Assembly: GCA_038142325.1 (NCBI GenBank) | Contig: JAYQJW010000002.1 | Coordinates: 256,001 to 320,000 of the forward strand | Direction: 5' to 3' | Length of the DNA: 64,000 nt | From: Gammaproteobacteria bacterium | GTDB lineage: Bacteria > Pseudomonadota > Gammaproteobacteria > GCA-002705445 > GCA-002716945 | In this document: one piece after another, positions 50,501 through 59,520 of the stretch | Layout of the letters: every line of letters begins with the position of its first letter | Numbering within the stretch: position 1 is the stretch's first letter | Notes under the pieces: generated by a model | The model's database searches: none | Told to the model about the DNA's origin: nothing | Seen by the model: the letters and a program-made list of their open reading frames with translations, nothing else | Position numbers and translations under genes: made by a program

Positions 50501-51454
50501 ATGGTTGATATAAAATCCACAATGATCTTTTCAGGTAATGCCAATAAGCCTTTAGCTAAAATGGTTGCTCAAAATTTAGGTATGACTCTTGGTAAAGCTT
50601 CTGTAAAAACATTCAGCGATGGTGAAATATCAGTCGAAATAGAAGAAAACGTCAGAGGACAAGATGTCTATATAATCCAACCGCTTTGTGATCCTGTAAA
50701 CAACAATCTCATGGAAGTGTTAATAATGGCAGATGCTTTGAAGCGTTCCTCAGTAGAGAGAATTTCCGTGGTACTTCCATATTTTGGATATTCTCGCCAG
50801 GATAGAAGAGCGAGATCTGCTAGGGTACCTATAACTGCAAAAGTTGTTGCTAATATGCTTACAGTTATGGGAGTTGAAAGATTATTAACTATTGACTTAC
50901 ATGCTGATCAGATACAAGGTTTTTTTGATATTCCAGTTGATAATGTCTATGCAACACCACTTTTCCTAGCTGACATTCATAAGCAAAATTATGACAACTT
51001 AATAGTAGTCTCTCCTGATGTTGGAGGAGTAGTTCGTGCAAGAGCTCTAGCAAAACAACTCAATTGCGATTTAGCAATTGTTGATAAAAGAAGACCTGAG
51101 GCTAATGTTTCAGAAGTAATGCAAATCATTGGCGATATTAAAGGTAAATGCTGCATAATTGTTGATGATATTTGTGATACCGCTGGAACTTTATGTCATG
51201 CTGCTGATGCACTGAAAGATGAGGGCGCATCATCTGTATATGCCTACATCACCCATCCAATTTTTTCAGGTAAGGCAGATCAAAATATTAAAGAATCAAC
51301 AATAGATGGTATCATTGTGACAGATACCATTAAATTATCTAAAAAAATTGCCGATACAGGCAAAATAAGACAGATAACTGTCTCAGAAATGCTAGCCGAA
51401 ACTCTTAGACGAATTGATAATAAAGAATCTGTTAGTTCACTTTTTGTAGAATAA
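50501..51454 (+). CDS. prs: Ribose-phosphate pyrophosphokinase
   Basis: [50 protein letters not shown]. Confidence 0.98.
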   Translation: MVDIKSTMIFSGNANKPLAKMVAQNLGMTLGKASVKTFSDGEISVEIEENVRGQDVYIIQPLCDPVNNNLMEVLIMADALKRSSVERISVVLPYFGYSRQDRRARSARVPITAKVVANMLTVMGVERLLTIDLHADQIQGFFDIPVDNVYATPLFLADIHKQNYDNLIVVSPDVGGVVRARALAKQLNCDLAIVDKRRPEANVSEVMQIIGDIKGKCCIIVDDICDTAGTLCHAADALKDEGASSVYAYITHPIFSGKADQNIKESTIDGIIVTDTIKLSKKIADTGKIRQITVSEMLAETLRRIDNKESVSSLFVE

Positions 51455-51481
51455 GAGTATAATCCATCTGAAAAATAAATT

Positions 51482-52172
51482 ATGACTACACAATACGAAC
51501 TTCAAGCGACTGAAAGAGATACCATAGGGTCTTCTAGCTCTAAAAAAATTAGAAGAGATAATGGTATACCTGCTGTTATTTATGGAGCTAAAGCTAGCAA
51601 CAGCATAACTCTTGATGCAAATGAAGTTTCGAAAAAAATAAGAGACACCGGATTTTACAGCAATGTTATTCAGCTTAAAATTGGTAAAAAAACTGTTGAT
51701 GTTATTTTGAAAGATCTACAAAGAGATCCAAGAAAATCCTCTATCACTCATATGGATTTCTTAGCTATTGATAAGAACAAAGCGGTTGTGGTCAACGTTC
51801 CAATTATGTTTGTCAATGAAGAAACTTGTGCCGGCGTAAAACTAGGTGGAGGCAAATTATCTCATATTCAAACACAGCTTGAAGTTTCTTGTTTACCAAA
51901 AGATATTCCAGAAAGCATAGAGATTGATGTTGCTGATCTAGAACTCGGTCACAGTGTACACTTGTCAGAAATTAAACTTCCAGCAAATGTTAACTCATGC
52001 TGTTGCTGTTGATGAAGAACATGATTCGCCAATTATAAGTTGTTATGAACCTAGAGCTGAAAAAGAAGAAAGTTGTAGAAGCTGCTGCAGATGATAGCGT
52101 GAACAAAAAGAGAGCTCTGAAGATAAAAAGGATGCAGAAGCATCCCCTGATGATAAAGCTGATAATAAATAA
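51482..52172 (+). CDS. rplY: 50S ribosomal protein L25/Ctc with acidic tail; several indels after ~51990
   Basis: IPAVIYG, DLQRDP, HMDF, GVKLGGG, CLPKDIPE; shifted frames give HAVDEEHDSPIISCYEPRAEKEE...DDKADNK*. Confidence 0.92.
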
Positions 52173-52183
52173 TTTCCACTCAA

Positions 52184-52783
52184 ATGATACCAACAAACAA
52201 TCCTCCATTATTGATTGTAGGTCTTGGTAATCCAGATTCTAAATTTCTTAACACTCGCCACAATATCGGTTTTTGGTTTATTGATTCTCTAATTGAACGC
52301 CTAAATGTTTCATTTATTGATAATCTTAAAAAAGGTTATTTAGACGTTCATTATGAATTAGGTTCTAGAAGCCTAAAATTTTTAAAAGCAATGACCTTTA
52401 TTAATGACAGTGGTACACCGTTAAATAAATTTATAAAAAATACCAATATATTACCAGAGCAAATTATTGTAGCTTACGATGATTTAGATCTATTGCCTGG
52501 ACAAGTTAGATTAAAATTCTCTGGTGGCAGTGGAGGGCATAATGGCATCAAAGACATCATAGAAAAACTTGGAACTAAAGATTTTTGGAGACTAAAAATT
52601 GGTATAGGGAAACCACAACATAAAGATGAAGTTATATCTTATGTACTTGGAAAACCATCGCCTGAGGATAAAAATAATATTAAATCAAGCATTGATGATA
52701 TTTTGAATTATTCAGAGGAACTTATGTCAGGTGATTATTCAAGTTTCATGAATAAAATTAATGGTGTAAAAAATGGGATTTAA
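52184..52783 (+). CDS. pth: Peptidyl-tRNA hydrolase
   Basis: LIVGLGNP, TRHNIGF, YDDLDL, GGHNGIK, RLKIGIG. Confidence 0.97.
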   Translation: MIPTNNPPLLIVGLGNPDSKFLNTRHNIGFWFIDSLIERLNVSFIDNLKKGYLDVHYELGSRSLKFLKAMTFINDSGTPLNKFIKNTNILPEQIIVAYDDLDLLPGQVRLKFSGGSGGHNGIKDIIEKLGTKDFWRLKIGIGKPQHKDEVISYVLGKPSPEDKNNIKSSIDDILNYSEELMSGDYSSFMNKINGVKNGI

Positions 52784-53849
52784 ATGTGGTCTTGTTGGGA
52801 TGCCAAATGTTGGTAAATCCTCAATTTTTAATTTATTAACCTCTCAAAAAATAGATGCTAAAAATTTTCCTTTCTGCACCATTGATCCAAACGTAGCCAC
52901 AGTAGAAGTACCGGATGAAAGACTAGACAAGTTATCAGATTTGAATTCATCAAAAAGTAAAGTTAATGCAGTCATTGAATTTGTAGATATTGCAGGACTA
53001 ATAAAAGGCGCATCAAAGGGTGAGGGTTTAGGAAATGATTTTTTAACCCACATCAGAAATACTGATGCAATAGCACATGTTGTTAGATTTTTTGTTGATG
53101 ACGACATCATACATGTTAATGGCCAACCCAATCCAACTTCTGATTTTGATGATATTAATTCTGAGTTAATACTATCTGATATATCAACCCTTGAGAATTT
53201 AACAAAGAGAGTTACAAAAAGTAAATCGAGCGAGAAAGAAAAGTCGTCTTTACTAGAAGAAGTAAACACAGCTATTGAAATACTTAATGATAATAAGTTT
53301 TTAAATTCAAATAATCTAAAAAAAGTAAAAGAAGCATTTCCTGATATAAAAATGTTAACCCAAAAACCTATGTTTGTTATCGCAAATATTAATGAAGATA
53401 CAAATAAAGAGGATGTTGAATTATTTAAAAACAATCTTCCAAACAATATTGTGCTAGTTGATATGAATGTAAAAATAGAAACAGATTTAAATGAGTTGTC
53501 TGATGAAGAAAAGATAGAGTTTATGAAGGAATTTAATATTTCTGAATCAGCATTATCTAAAATTATAAAAACAGGATACAGTTTGTTAGATTTAAAAACA
53601 TTTTTTACTTCTGGTGAGAAGGAATCAAGAGCATGGGCTGCAAAAAAGTATTTCAATGCATATGAATGTTCGGGTATCATACATACTGATATCCAAAAAG
53701 GATTTATAAGGGCTGAAACAGTATCTTATGATGACTACATTATTAGCGGTAGTGAGCTGGCTTCAAAAGCTAATGGTGTTTGGAGACAAGAAGGAAAAGA
53801 TTATGTTGTTAATGAAGGTGATGTAATCTATTTTAGATTTAATGTTTAA
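52773..53849 (+). CDS. ychF: Redox-regulated ATPase YchF
   Basis: GLVGMPNVGKS, NFPFCTIDPN, DIAGLIKGASKGEGLGN, IHTDIQKGFIRAE, FRFNV. Confidence 0.98.
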   Translation: MGFKCGLVGMPNVGKSSIFNLLTSQKIDAKNFPFCTIDPNVATVEVPDERLDKLSDLNSSKSKVNAVIEFVDIAGLIKGASKGEGLGNDFLTHIRNTDAIAHVVRFFVDDDIIHVNGQPNPTSDFDDINSELILSDISTLENLTKRVTKSKSSEKEKSSLLEEVNTAIEILNDNKFLNSNNLKKVKEAFPDIKMLTQKPMFVIANINEDTNKEDVELFKNNLPNNIVLVDMNVKIETDLNELSDEEKIEFMKEFNISESALSKIIKTGYSLLDLKTFFTSGEKESRAWAAKKYFNAYECSGIIHTDIQKGFIRAETVSYDDYIISGSELASKANGVWRQEGKDYVVNEGDVIYFRFNV

Positions 53850-53916
53850 GGTCATGTAGCTCAGTTGGTTAGAGCACAGCACTCATAACGCTGCGGTCGG
53901 TGGTTCAAGTCCACCC
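53850..53916 (+). tRNA. Elongator tRNA-Met(CAT), 3' acceptor strand missing
   Basis: GGTCATG-TAGCTCAGTTGGTTAGAGC-A-CAGCA-CTCATAA-CGCTG-CGGTC-GGTGG-TTCAAGT-CCACC-C then TTAGAA instead of ATGACCA. Confidence 0.88.
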
Positions 53917-54099
53917 TTAGAATATCGGTATGTGATGTTTCAAAAAATTTACTGCAACGACACCAGCAATACCCTCATTCTCAGCTTTATAAATTGGGAA
54001 TTTCTTTGATATTGTTTTCTGTATTTCTGTAGATGTAGTTATTTATATCAAACAGTTCAATATCAGAGACCGAAGTAAGTTATGGAAATTCCAATATTT

Positions 54100-54644
54100 C
54101 AATATTCATTAACTTTGAGATTATCCAACCATAAAATGTTTTTCTGTATTCTGTAGTGCAAACAATACCGAAGTAGGAAATTCAACACCAATATTATCAT
54201 TTTCATTCATTTGGCAATAGTGCGCTTGCTGGATAACACGCAACATTTATTACTACAATTTTAGATGCATAAGAAAAAATATCTTTTAAAACTGACTGTA
54301 CATCAGCGATGAATATGTGTTCCAGTACATCAAAGTTAAGAACTGCATCTGAGACCACTCTTTCATCAATATTTCTAGCAGGTTCATATCTATTTACCTT
54401 TTCCAAACAGTAAAACTCTTTTGCAGATTTACCTGAGGTATCAAATCCTTTCATATTCCAATCAGAACCGCCGCAACCATAATCAGAACAGATTTCACAT
54501 TTATAAATGCAGAATTAATATGATCCCTGTAATATCTCGATTCAAAATCAGAAAAGGCATCATTAACCTTTTCACCACTATGTCTCATGTAGCCATTATT
54601 ATAGATTTATATAACAGTAGCTCTTCACCCTTTTTACTCAACAT
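54100..54644 (-). pseudogene. Fragmented class I SAM-dependent methyltransferase (lower boundary approximate)
   Basis: Frames stitch to MLSKKGEELL..NNGYMRHSGEKVNDAFSDFESRYY..KSVL/DYGCGGSDW..FDVLEHIF..VINVACYPASALLPN; many small deletions. Confidence 0.7.
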
Positions 54645-54748
54645 AATTTATAAGATAACTATGGCAGCATATTTTTACAACTTAAAATGCGAATAGGAAT
54701 GGGAATAGAGATATTTTGATTACCCATATATAGCTATAAATAGTGACA

Positions 54749-54768
54749 TTCTGTTTCACCCATGTCCA
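54749..54768 (+). repeat. Degenerate copy of the tRNA-Met 3' end (attR-like)
   Basis: TTCTGTTTCACCCATGTCCA vs expected TTCAAGTCCACCCATGACCA, 15/20 ungapped, 11/12 over the last 12 nt. Confidence 0.55.
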
Positions 54769-54782
54769 CTAAACTTCTATTT

Positions 54783-56171
54783 TCAGGCAATTTTTAAAGC
54801 ACTTCTTCTGAACTTTAATTTTTTCTCTATATGTTTAATCAGTAGTGACGCTATATCCTTTTGGCTTACTGATTCAATACCCTCTAAACCAGGTGAGGAA
54901 TTAACCTCTAAAACTAGTGGTCCACGATTTGAGTTGATGATATCAACTCCAGCTACATCAAGATTAAGTGCTTTGCATGCTTTAACAGCAAGCGCTCTGA
55001 TTCTTTTTGAAATAATGATTTTTTCTGCAGTACCACCAAGATGCATGTTAGCTCTGAATTCACCAGCTGCTGCAATTCTTTTATATGCACTTATCACTCT
55101 TCCACCTAATATAAAACACCTTATGTCTTGGCCAGAAGATTCTTTAATAAACTCTTGAACAAGTAAGTTTGCTTTTAGAGCTTTAAAACCGTTGATTACA
55201 GATTGAGCAGCTTTTTTAGTTTCAGCTAAAACAACACCTCTTCCTTGAGCACTCTCTAAAAGTTTCACTATAAGCGGAGATCCGCCTACCATATCTATAA
55301 GCTCGTCAGTCTCTACTGGAGAGTTGGCAAATCCTGTAACTGGGATATCAATATTCATCTCTTGTAAGCACTGTAGAGAATAAAGTTTATCACGTGAATT
55401 TCTAATCGCATCAGAATTGTTTAGACAAAATATATTCATAGATTGAAAATGTCTAATTAAAGAACATCCGTAGAATGTTTGACTAGGTCGTATCCTTGGT
55501 ATAACTGCATCTATATTATTTATAACTTCGCCACCTCTATAATGAATTTGTGGGAATTTATTATCTAGTTTTATGTAGCATTGCTTAATATTTAAAAAGG
55601 ACATTTTATGACCAGCTTTCTCACCAGCTTCGATGATTCTTCTGTTGCTATATAATGCAGGATTACTTGCTAAAAGAGCAATATGAAGACCTGATTTTTT
55701 TATTGTTTGTCTTTTATATAATCTTGAGATTGTTTTTTCTGTCTTATCTCCTTGAAGTAACTTTGAGTTTGGGTCGATTAATACGTCTTGGTTAATTGCT
55801 TCTCTGCCTATGAGCATTTTATAACCCATTGAACTTCTATTAGAGAGCGTTAGCTCAATCTCCCAAATTTGTTTACCAACTCTGATTGTTGTAGCTATAA
55901 CATATCTCATCTGTTTATCACCGAACGAGCTTTTTATTAACCTTTTATCTTTTTGAGGGGCAACACAATGGACACATATGTTTTTGTTATCTAATGGATA
56001 TACATCAAATGAGACATAGTCCTGACCATCTTTCTCAAATGATTTGATGTTGACCGCATGAATAGATGATGTTGTAGCACCCGTATCAATACGAGCTTTT
56101 ATTGCAGGTACATCAAGTTCTGGTAACGTACACCACTCCTCTGCGCTCATTATGAATTTTTTTCTAGCCAT
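54783..56171 (-). CDS. rimK: RimK-family ATP-grasp glutamate ligase with N-terminal retropepsin-like (RimB-type) protease domain
   Basis: N-term EWCTLPEL, KARIDTGATTSSIHA, MLIGR; C-term DAVIPRI, RDKLYSLQ, QGRGVVLAET, EFRANMHLGG, EVNSSPGLEGIE. Confidence 0.92.
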   Translation of the reverse strand: MARKKFIMSAEEWCTLPELDVPAIKARIDTGATTSSIHAVNIKSFEKDGQDYVSFDVYPLDNKNICVHCVAPQKDKRLIKSSFGDKQMRYVIATTIRVGKQIWEIELTLSNRSSMGYKMLIGREAINQDVLIDPNSKLLQGDKTEKTISRLYKRQTIKKSGLHIALLASNPALYSNRRIIEAGEKAGHKMSFLNIKQCYIKLDNKFPQIHYRGGEVINNIDAVIPRIRPSQTFYGCSLIRHFQSMNIFCLNNSDAIRNSRDKLYSLQCLQEMNIDIPVTGFANSPVETDELIDMVGGSPLIVKLLESAQGRGVVLAETKKAAQSVINGFKALKANLLVQEFIKESSGQDIRCFILGGRVISAYKRIAAAGEFRANMHLGGTAEKIIISKRIRALAVKACKALNLDVAGVDIINSNRGPLVLEVNSSPGLEGIESVSQKDIASLLIKHIEKKLKFRRSALKIA

Positions 56172-56242
56172 TTATTTCAAGATTATATAAGAATAATTTC
56201 ATCTGACTACATAAAAAAATTAAAATATATTAAACTATTCTT

Positions 56243-56675
56243 ATGAGACAAATCTCCTTAATTGTGTTGATGACTTTCTTATTTGCATTAAATGCTTTTT
56301 CATATTCTCGTTATTCTAGTAATGAATCAAATCAAGAAAAAAAAAGTTTTCTTCATTACGCCGAGCAATGGCGAGGTTGTCACAAGTCCTTTTAGAGTTG
56401 AATTTGGGATAGAGTGGATGGAAATTGTTCCTGCTGGTGTAGATAAACCAATGTCTGGACACCACCATTTATTAATAAATCTTAAAAAACTTCCCAATAT
56501 GAAAATGCCAATTCCTGCAGATAAAAATCATTTACATTTTGGTAAAGGCCAAACTGAAACACAATTGGAATTGCCTAAAGGTAAGCATACATTACAACTC
56601 CTTCTGGGAAATCACCTTCATATACCTCATGATAAGCCACTCATATCTGAGAAGATTGAGATAACAGTAGAATAG
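56243..56675 (+). CDS. DUF4399-like His-rich periplasmic protein; signal peptide frame offset by an extra A at 56337-56345
   Basis: MRQISLIVLMTFLFALNAFS signal; VFFITP.NG, GHHHLLI, HLHFGKGQTE, GKHTLQLLLGNHLHIPH. Confidence 0.85.
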
Positions 56676-56692
56676 TTATTATAGTAAATTGA

Positions 56693-56854
56693 TTAATCTT
56701 TTAATCTTTTGAATGTGAAGACCCATTCGCGGTAATCATTACAATAATTAATAGTCACCAATTCCCACCCTTCTTCACCCATACTTGAGCTTTCTTCAAC
56801 TGCAATCCTCAGACCACCGGTTGATGTAAATGTTTTATATTCCCATTTAGTCAT
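56693..56854 (-). CDS. DUF4177-like small protein, 53 aa (not in ORF track)
   Basis: MTKWEYKTF...MGEEGWELVTI...FTFKRL; AAGGA upstream. Confidence 0.75.
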   Translation of the reverse strand: MTKWEYKTFTSTGGLRIAVEESSSMGEEGWELVTINYCNDYREWVFTFKRLKD

Positions 56855-56881
56855 AATCTATATTCCTTATTCTTAATTAAA

Positions 56882-56983
56882 TTATATAACAAGTGAAATT
56901 ATATATACTCCAAGATATGCAAAGATAGTCAAAACAATAATTGCTATTATTATTCCTTTAAGAATTTTAATAAAATCAGACAA
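56882..56983 (-). CDS. Putative 33-aa single-TM microprotein
   Basis: TTG start 2 nt after the upstream stop, AAGGA RBS; LSDFIKILKGIIIAIIVLTIFAYLGVYIISLVI. Confidence 0.45.
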   Translation of the reverse strand: MSDFIKILKGIIIAIIVLTIFAYLGVYIISLVI

Positions 56984-56985
56984 GA

Positions 56986-57132
56986 CTATTCCTTTAATCT
57001 TGGATAATCATTCTCTGTCATTTCCTCATCGCATGAAGGCTTGAGATAATCTTTGACAATTTGCTCAGCTTTTTCCTTTTCTTTGATTTTTTTATCTATC
57101 GATTCGATTTTATTGTCTTCAGACTGATTCAT
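56986..57132 (-). CDS. Putative 48-aa charged microprotein
   Basis: ATGA overlap with csoR stop; MNQSEDNKIESIDKKIKEKEKAEQIVKDYLKPSCDEEMTENDYPRLKE. Confidence 0.55.
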   Translation of the reverse strand: MNQSEDNKIESIDKKIKEKEKAEQIVKDYLKPSCDEEMTENDYPRLKE

Positions 57133-57392
57133 TTGTTAACTAGTTTAATTAATTCTTCTATTTTAGTGTTCAGCTCACTTTTATTTTTAAACGACTGCTT
57201 TATACAAGACTCAGTGTGTTTATTGAGTACTTTAGACTCAACTCTTACTAATGCAGATTTCACAGCTTTAATTTGATTCAGTATATCGATACAATATTTT
57301 CCATCTTCAATCATCTTAATTACGCCCCTTACTTGACCTTCAATTCTTTTAAGAGATGCTAATTGTTCTTTATGAGAAGGGTGATGTGACAT
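57129..57392 (-). CDS. csoR: CsoR/RcnR family metal-sensing repressor (start MSHHPSH)
   Basis: LKRIEGQVRGVIKMIE, YCIDILNQIKAVKSAL, HTESCI: Cys-His-Cys ligand set. Confidence 0.92.
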   Translation of the reverse strand: MSHHPSHKEQLASLKRIEGQVRGVIKMIEDGKYCIDILNQIKAVKSALVRVESKVLNKHTESCIKQSFKNKSELNTKIEELIKLVNK

Positions 57393-57393
57393 T

Positions 57394-57771
57394 TTATAAA
57401 TAGATAGGGAGAATGTATGTGAAGAAGCTTGCAAAAATGAAAATAGCTGCTGAAATATTGTAAATTTTAGAAGTCCTTTTTCTAGTCTTAAGACATGCAT
57501 CTTTTAATAAAGGATCTACCGGACATGGAAGAAGTTCAGCTTTTTTTATCAAAACTCCAGCCACGATTAAAAGAATTAGAGTAAAGATAGATATATAGAC
57601 TTTGTATTGCGATATTACAATAAGTTGAGGAATGGTATTAACTATTGATACGAATGTCGCTCCTGCACCAAGCGTAACAAACAGTGCTGGTAAAGCGCAG
57701 CATATTAAGGTTGATGATGACGCTAACAGAGTGAATAAACCAAGCCTGGATGAGTTTTCTTTTAATTTCAT
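57394..57771 (-). CDS. MerT-like heavy-metal membrane transporter
   Basis: TM1 vicinal Cys pair LICCALPALFVTLG; second Cys pair CPVDPLLKDAC; three TM segments. Confidence 0.8.
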   Translation of the reverse strand: MKLKENSSRLGLFTLLASSSTLICCALPALFVTLGAGATFVSIVNTIPQLIVISQYKVYISIFTLILLIVAGVLIKKAELLPCPVDPLLKDACLKTRKRTSKIYNISAAIFIFASFFTYILPIYL

Positions 57772-58172
57772 GTTATTTTTTTAAGAATCATACCTGTAGC
57801 TGATTGACCATTTGATAAAAAGATATTTTTAATTTCTCCAAAATCAACCTTCTTAGCATTATCATAAGCTACTAAAACCTTACCTTTCTCTAAGCTAACG
57901 AGCACTTTTTTTACTAACTTATCATCATAAAAGGTCTTCTCGATTCCTCTAGCACAAAAATCGCATACCATTCCATTTACATCTATGATTACTACTTGAG
58001 AAGTGCCTAAATCAGCAATAAACTCATTATATATTTTTTGATCAAGGACAGTCTTAGATCCATCTACGCCTGTCATATTATTATGTTTATGAGAACCATG
58101 ATCATGCGGGTTATCCATTGCATGCAAGCTACCAGTAAACAAAAATATAAAAGCTAAAAATATTTTATACAT
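57768..58172 (-). CDS. Periplasmic heavy-metal-associated (HMA, MerP/CopZ-like) protein
   Basis: Signal peptide, His/Met linker PHDHGSHKHNNM, GMVCDFCARGIEK. Confidence 0.88.
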   Translation of the reverse strand: MYKIFLAFIFLFTGSLHAMDNPHDHGSHKHNNMTGVDGSKTVLDQKIYNEFIADLGTSQVVIIDVNGMVCDFCARGIEKTFYDDKLVKKVLVSLEKGKVLVAYDNAKKVDFGEIKNIFLSNGQSATGMILKKIT

Positions 58173-58186
58173 ATATATCTCCTAAA

Positions 58187-58792
58187 TTAAAATCTCTTCA
58201 TAAAGTGTAAGTCCCAATGGGAGTTTTTTGTACCCAATTCTAAAAGAAAATCACCTTTAAACAATTTCAAAAATGGGTAGGTATCCCATTCATTATTTAA
58301 TGTGTCTTTTTTAGTTTTAATCATAATCCATGTATGTAATTCATTATAATCTCCTAAATACGGTGCAGCGCCTAATTGCAATTCATATTCTGAGAAATCT
58401 TTCGATACTGTATGCTTATTAATAGCTGAAAATGAGGAGAAGTATCTTCTCGTCTCCCAATCACCATGTATTCCATAGTAAAAATCTTCACTTTTTTTAG
58501 TAGATATAGCACCTGTTAAATACAAATTTCTTTGTGATGATTTTGTATTCTTTCTATCTAAAAGATAAGTTGATCTAATATTAATATATTGATCATTAAA
58601 ATATCTGTCATTGATATATTCTGCACCAACTGAATAAAGATAAGATGGAGAGTAGTGATAGTAATAAGAGGACATCATAGAATTTGATTTATACATTAAT
58701 GTAGAGCCGCCAGACCATGAAATAGGTCGGGATTCTACAAAAGCTGTCGTAATTAAAAGTGACAACGTAATTAATAATTTTATTATACCCAT
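58187..58792 (-). CDS. Putative outer-membrane beta-barrel protein
   Basis: Signal peptide, alternating aromatic-rich strands, DWETRRY, APYLGDYNELHTW, terminal Phe (HFMKRF). Confidence 0.72.
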   Translation of the reverse strand: MGIIKLLITLSLLITTAFVESRPISWSGGSTLMYKSNSMMSSYYYHYSPSYLYSVGAEYINDRYFNDQYINIRSTYLLDRKNTKSSQRNLYLTGAISTKKSEDFYYGIHGDWETRRYFSSFSAINKHTVSKDFSEYELQLGAAPYLGDYNELHTWIMIKTKKDTLNNEWDTYPFLKLFKGDFLLELGTKNSHWDLHFMKRF

Positions 58793-58802
58793 ATGGGGTA
58801 TA
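58784..58802. promoter_or_regulatory. CsoR-type operator
   Basis: Perfect 7-5-7 inverted repeat TATACCC-ATATG-GGGTATA with C/G tracts, at the head of the csoR-containing operon. Confidence 0.8.
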
Positions 58803-58853
58803 TTAATAATTAATTTTATTAATACAAGTATTGATTATTCAAATAATCTATAT

Positions 58854-58872
58854 GATAATGATTCTCATTATC
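58854..58872 (+). promoter_or_regulatory. Fur box
   Basis: GATAATGATTCTCATTATC, 17/19 to consensus, 4 nt before ORF 58877. Confidence 0.88.
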
Positions 58873-58876
58873 AGAA

Positions 58877-59257
58877 ATGGAGAAAGATATGAAAAATGTA
58901 ATTGTGTTAGCGCTTGCTTTATTTGTTGGACAAACATTAGCAGGAGATTATAACTATGTAGGTTCTGAACATGAAATGAAGTTAAAAGATGGTACATATG
59001 AAAAAACTAAGCAAAGAATTGTAATTGGACGAAGTATAAAGATAAATAATTATCAAACTTTTGCTGAAGTTGGATTTGGTGAGGATATAACTGAGGGGCA
59101 ATCAATCGGCCAAGGTGCTGATTATGATTATTATAAAGTTGGTTTTAAAACAAAATATTTTGATGCACTTGATGTAAAAGTTCATTTTGAAAGTAAGTTA
59201 AATACTTATGGCAAAGATGATAATGAGCTACAAATAAATACAAAGTATAAATTTTAA
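58877..59257 (+). CDS. Small outer-membrane beta-barrel/porin-like protein (likely start ATG 58889 with GGAG RBS)
   Basis: Signal MKNVIVLALALFVGQTLA, amphipathic strands, C-terminal INTKYKF. Confidence 0.72.
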   Translation: MEKDMKNVIVLALALFVGQTLAGDYNYVGSEHEMKLKDGTYEKTKQRIVIGRSIKINNYQTFAEVGFGEDITEGQSIGQGADYDYYKVGFKTKYFDALDVKVHFESKLNTYGKDDNELQINTKYKF

Positions 59258-59317
59258 TTCTTATAATGCATAGATCATGATTGTAGATTATGACTATGCA
59301 ATTTATACTTCTTTTAA

Positions 59318-59506
59318 ATGCCTGATATAGTTTTATATTTGATTCTTGCTGCAATTGCTGCTTTGGTTGTTACTGATTTGTACAAGTTTTTGAATAATTG
59401 GATAAGTAATCCAAAAATGTCATTAGAATTACTTAAGGCTAATCCTTTTGGAAGTGTAATCTTTCCATTGGTTCTAATAATTATCTGGTTCATCGTTTTT
59501 GGATAG
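59318..59506 (+). CDS. Small two-TM hypothetical protein
   Basis: 62 aa with two hydrophobic segments. Confidence 0.6.
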   Translation: MPDIVLYLILAAIAALVVTDLYKFLNNWISNPKMSLELLKANPFGSVIFPLVLIIIWFIVFG

Positions 59507-59520
59507 TTGATAAAAACTCA

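Noticed and set aside
51990-52230. C-terminal CCC on L25 and small ORFs at 51990-52208 and 52045-52230
   Set aside because: Products of indels in the rplY 3' region; shifted frames give the normal acidic tail
52844-53680. 278-aa minus-strand ORF
   Set aside because: Entirely antisense to ychF, Ser/Phe-rich shadow with no motifs
54421-54696. 91-aa plus-strand ORF
   Set aside because: Antisense to the fragmented methyltransferase, no motifs
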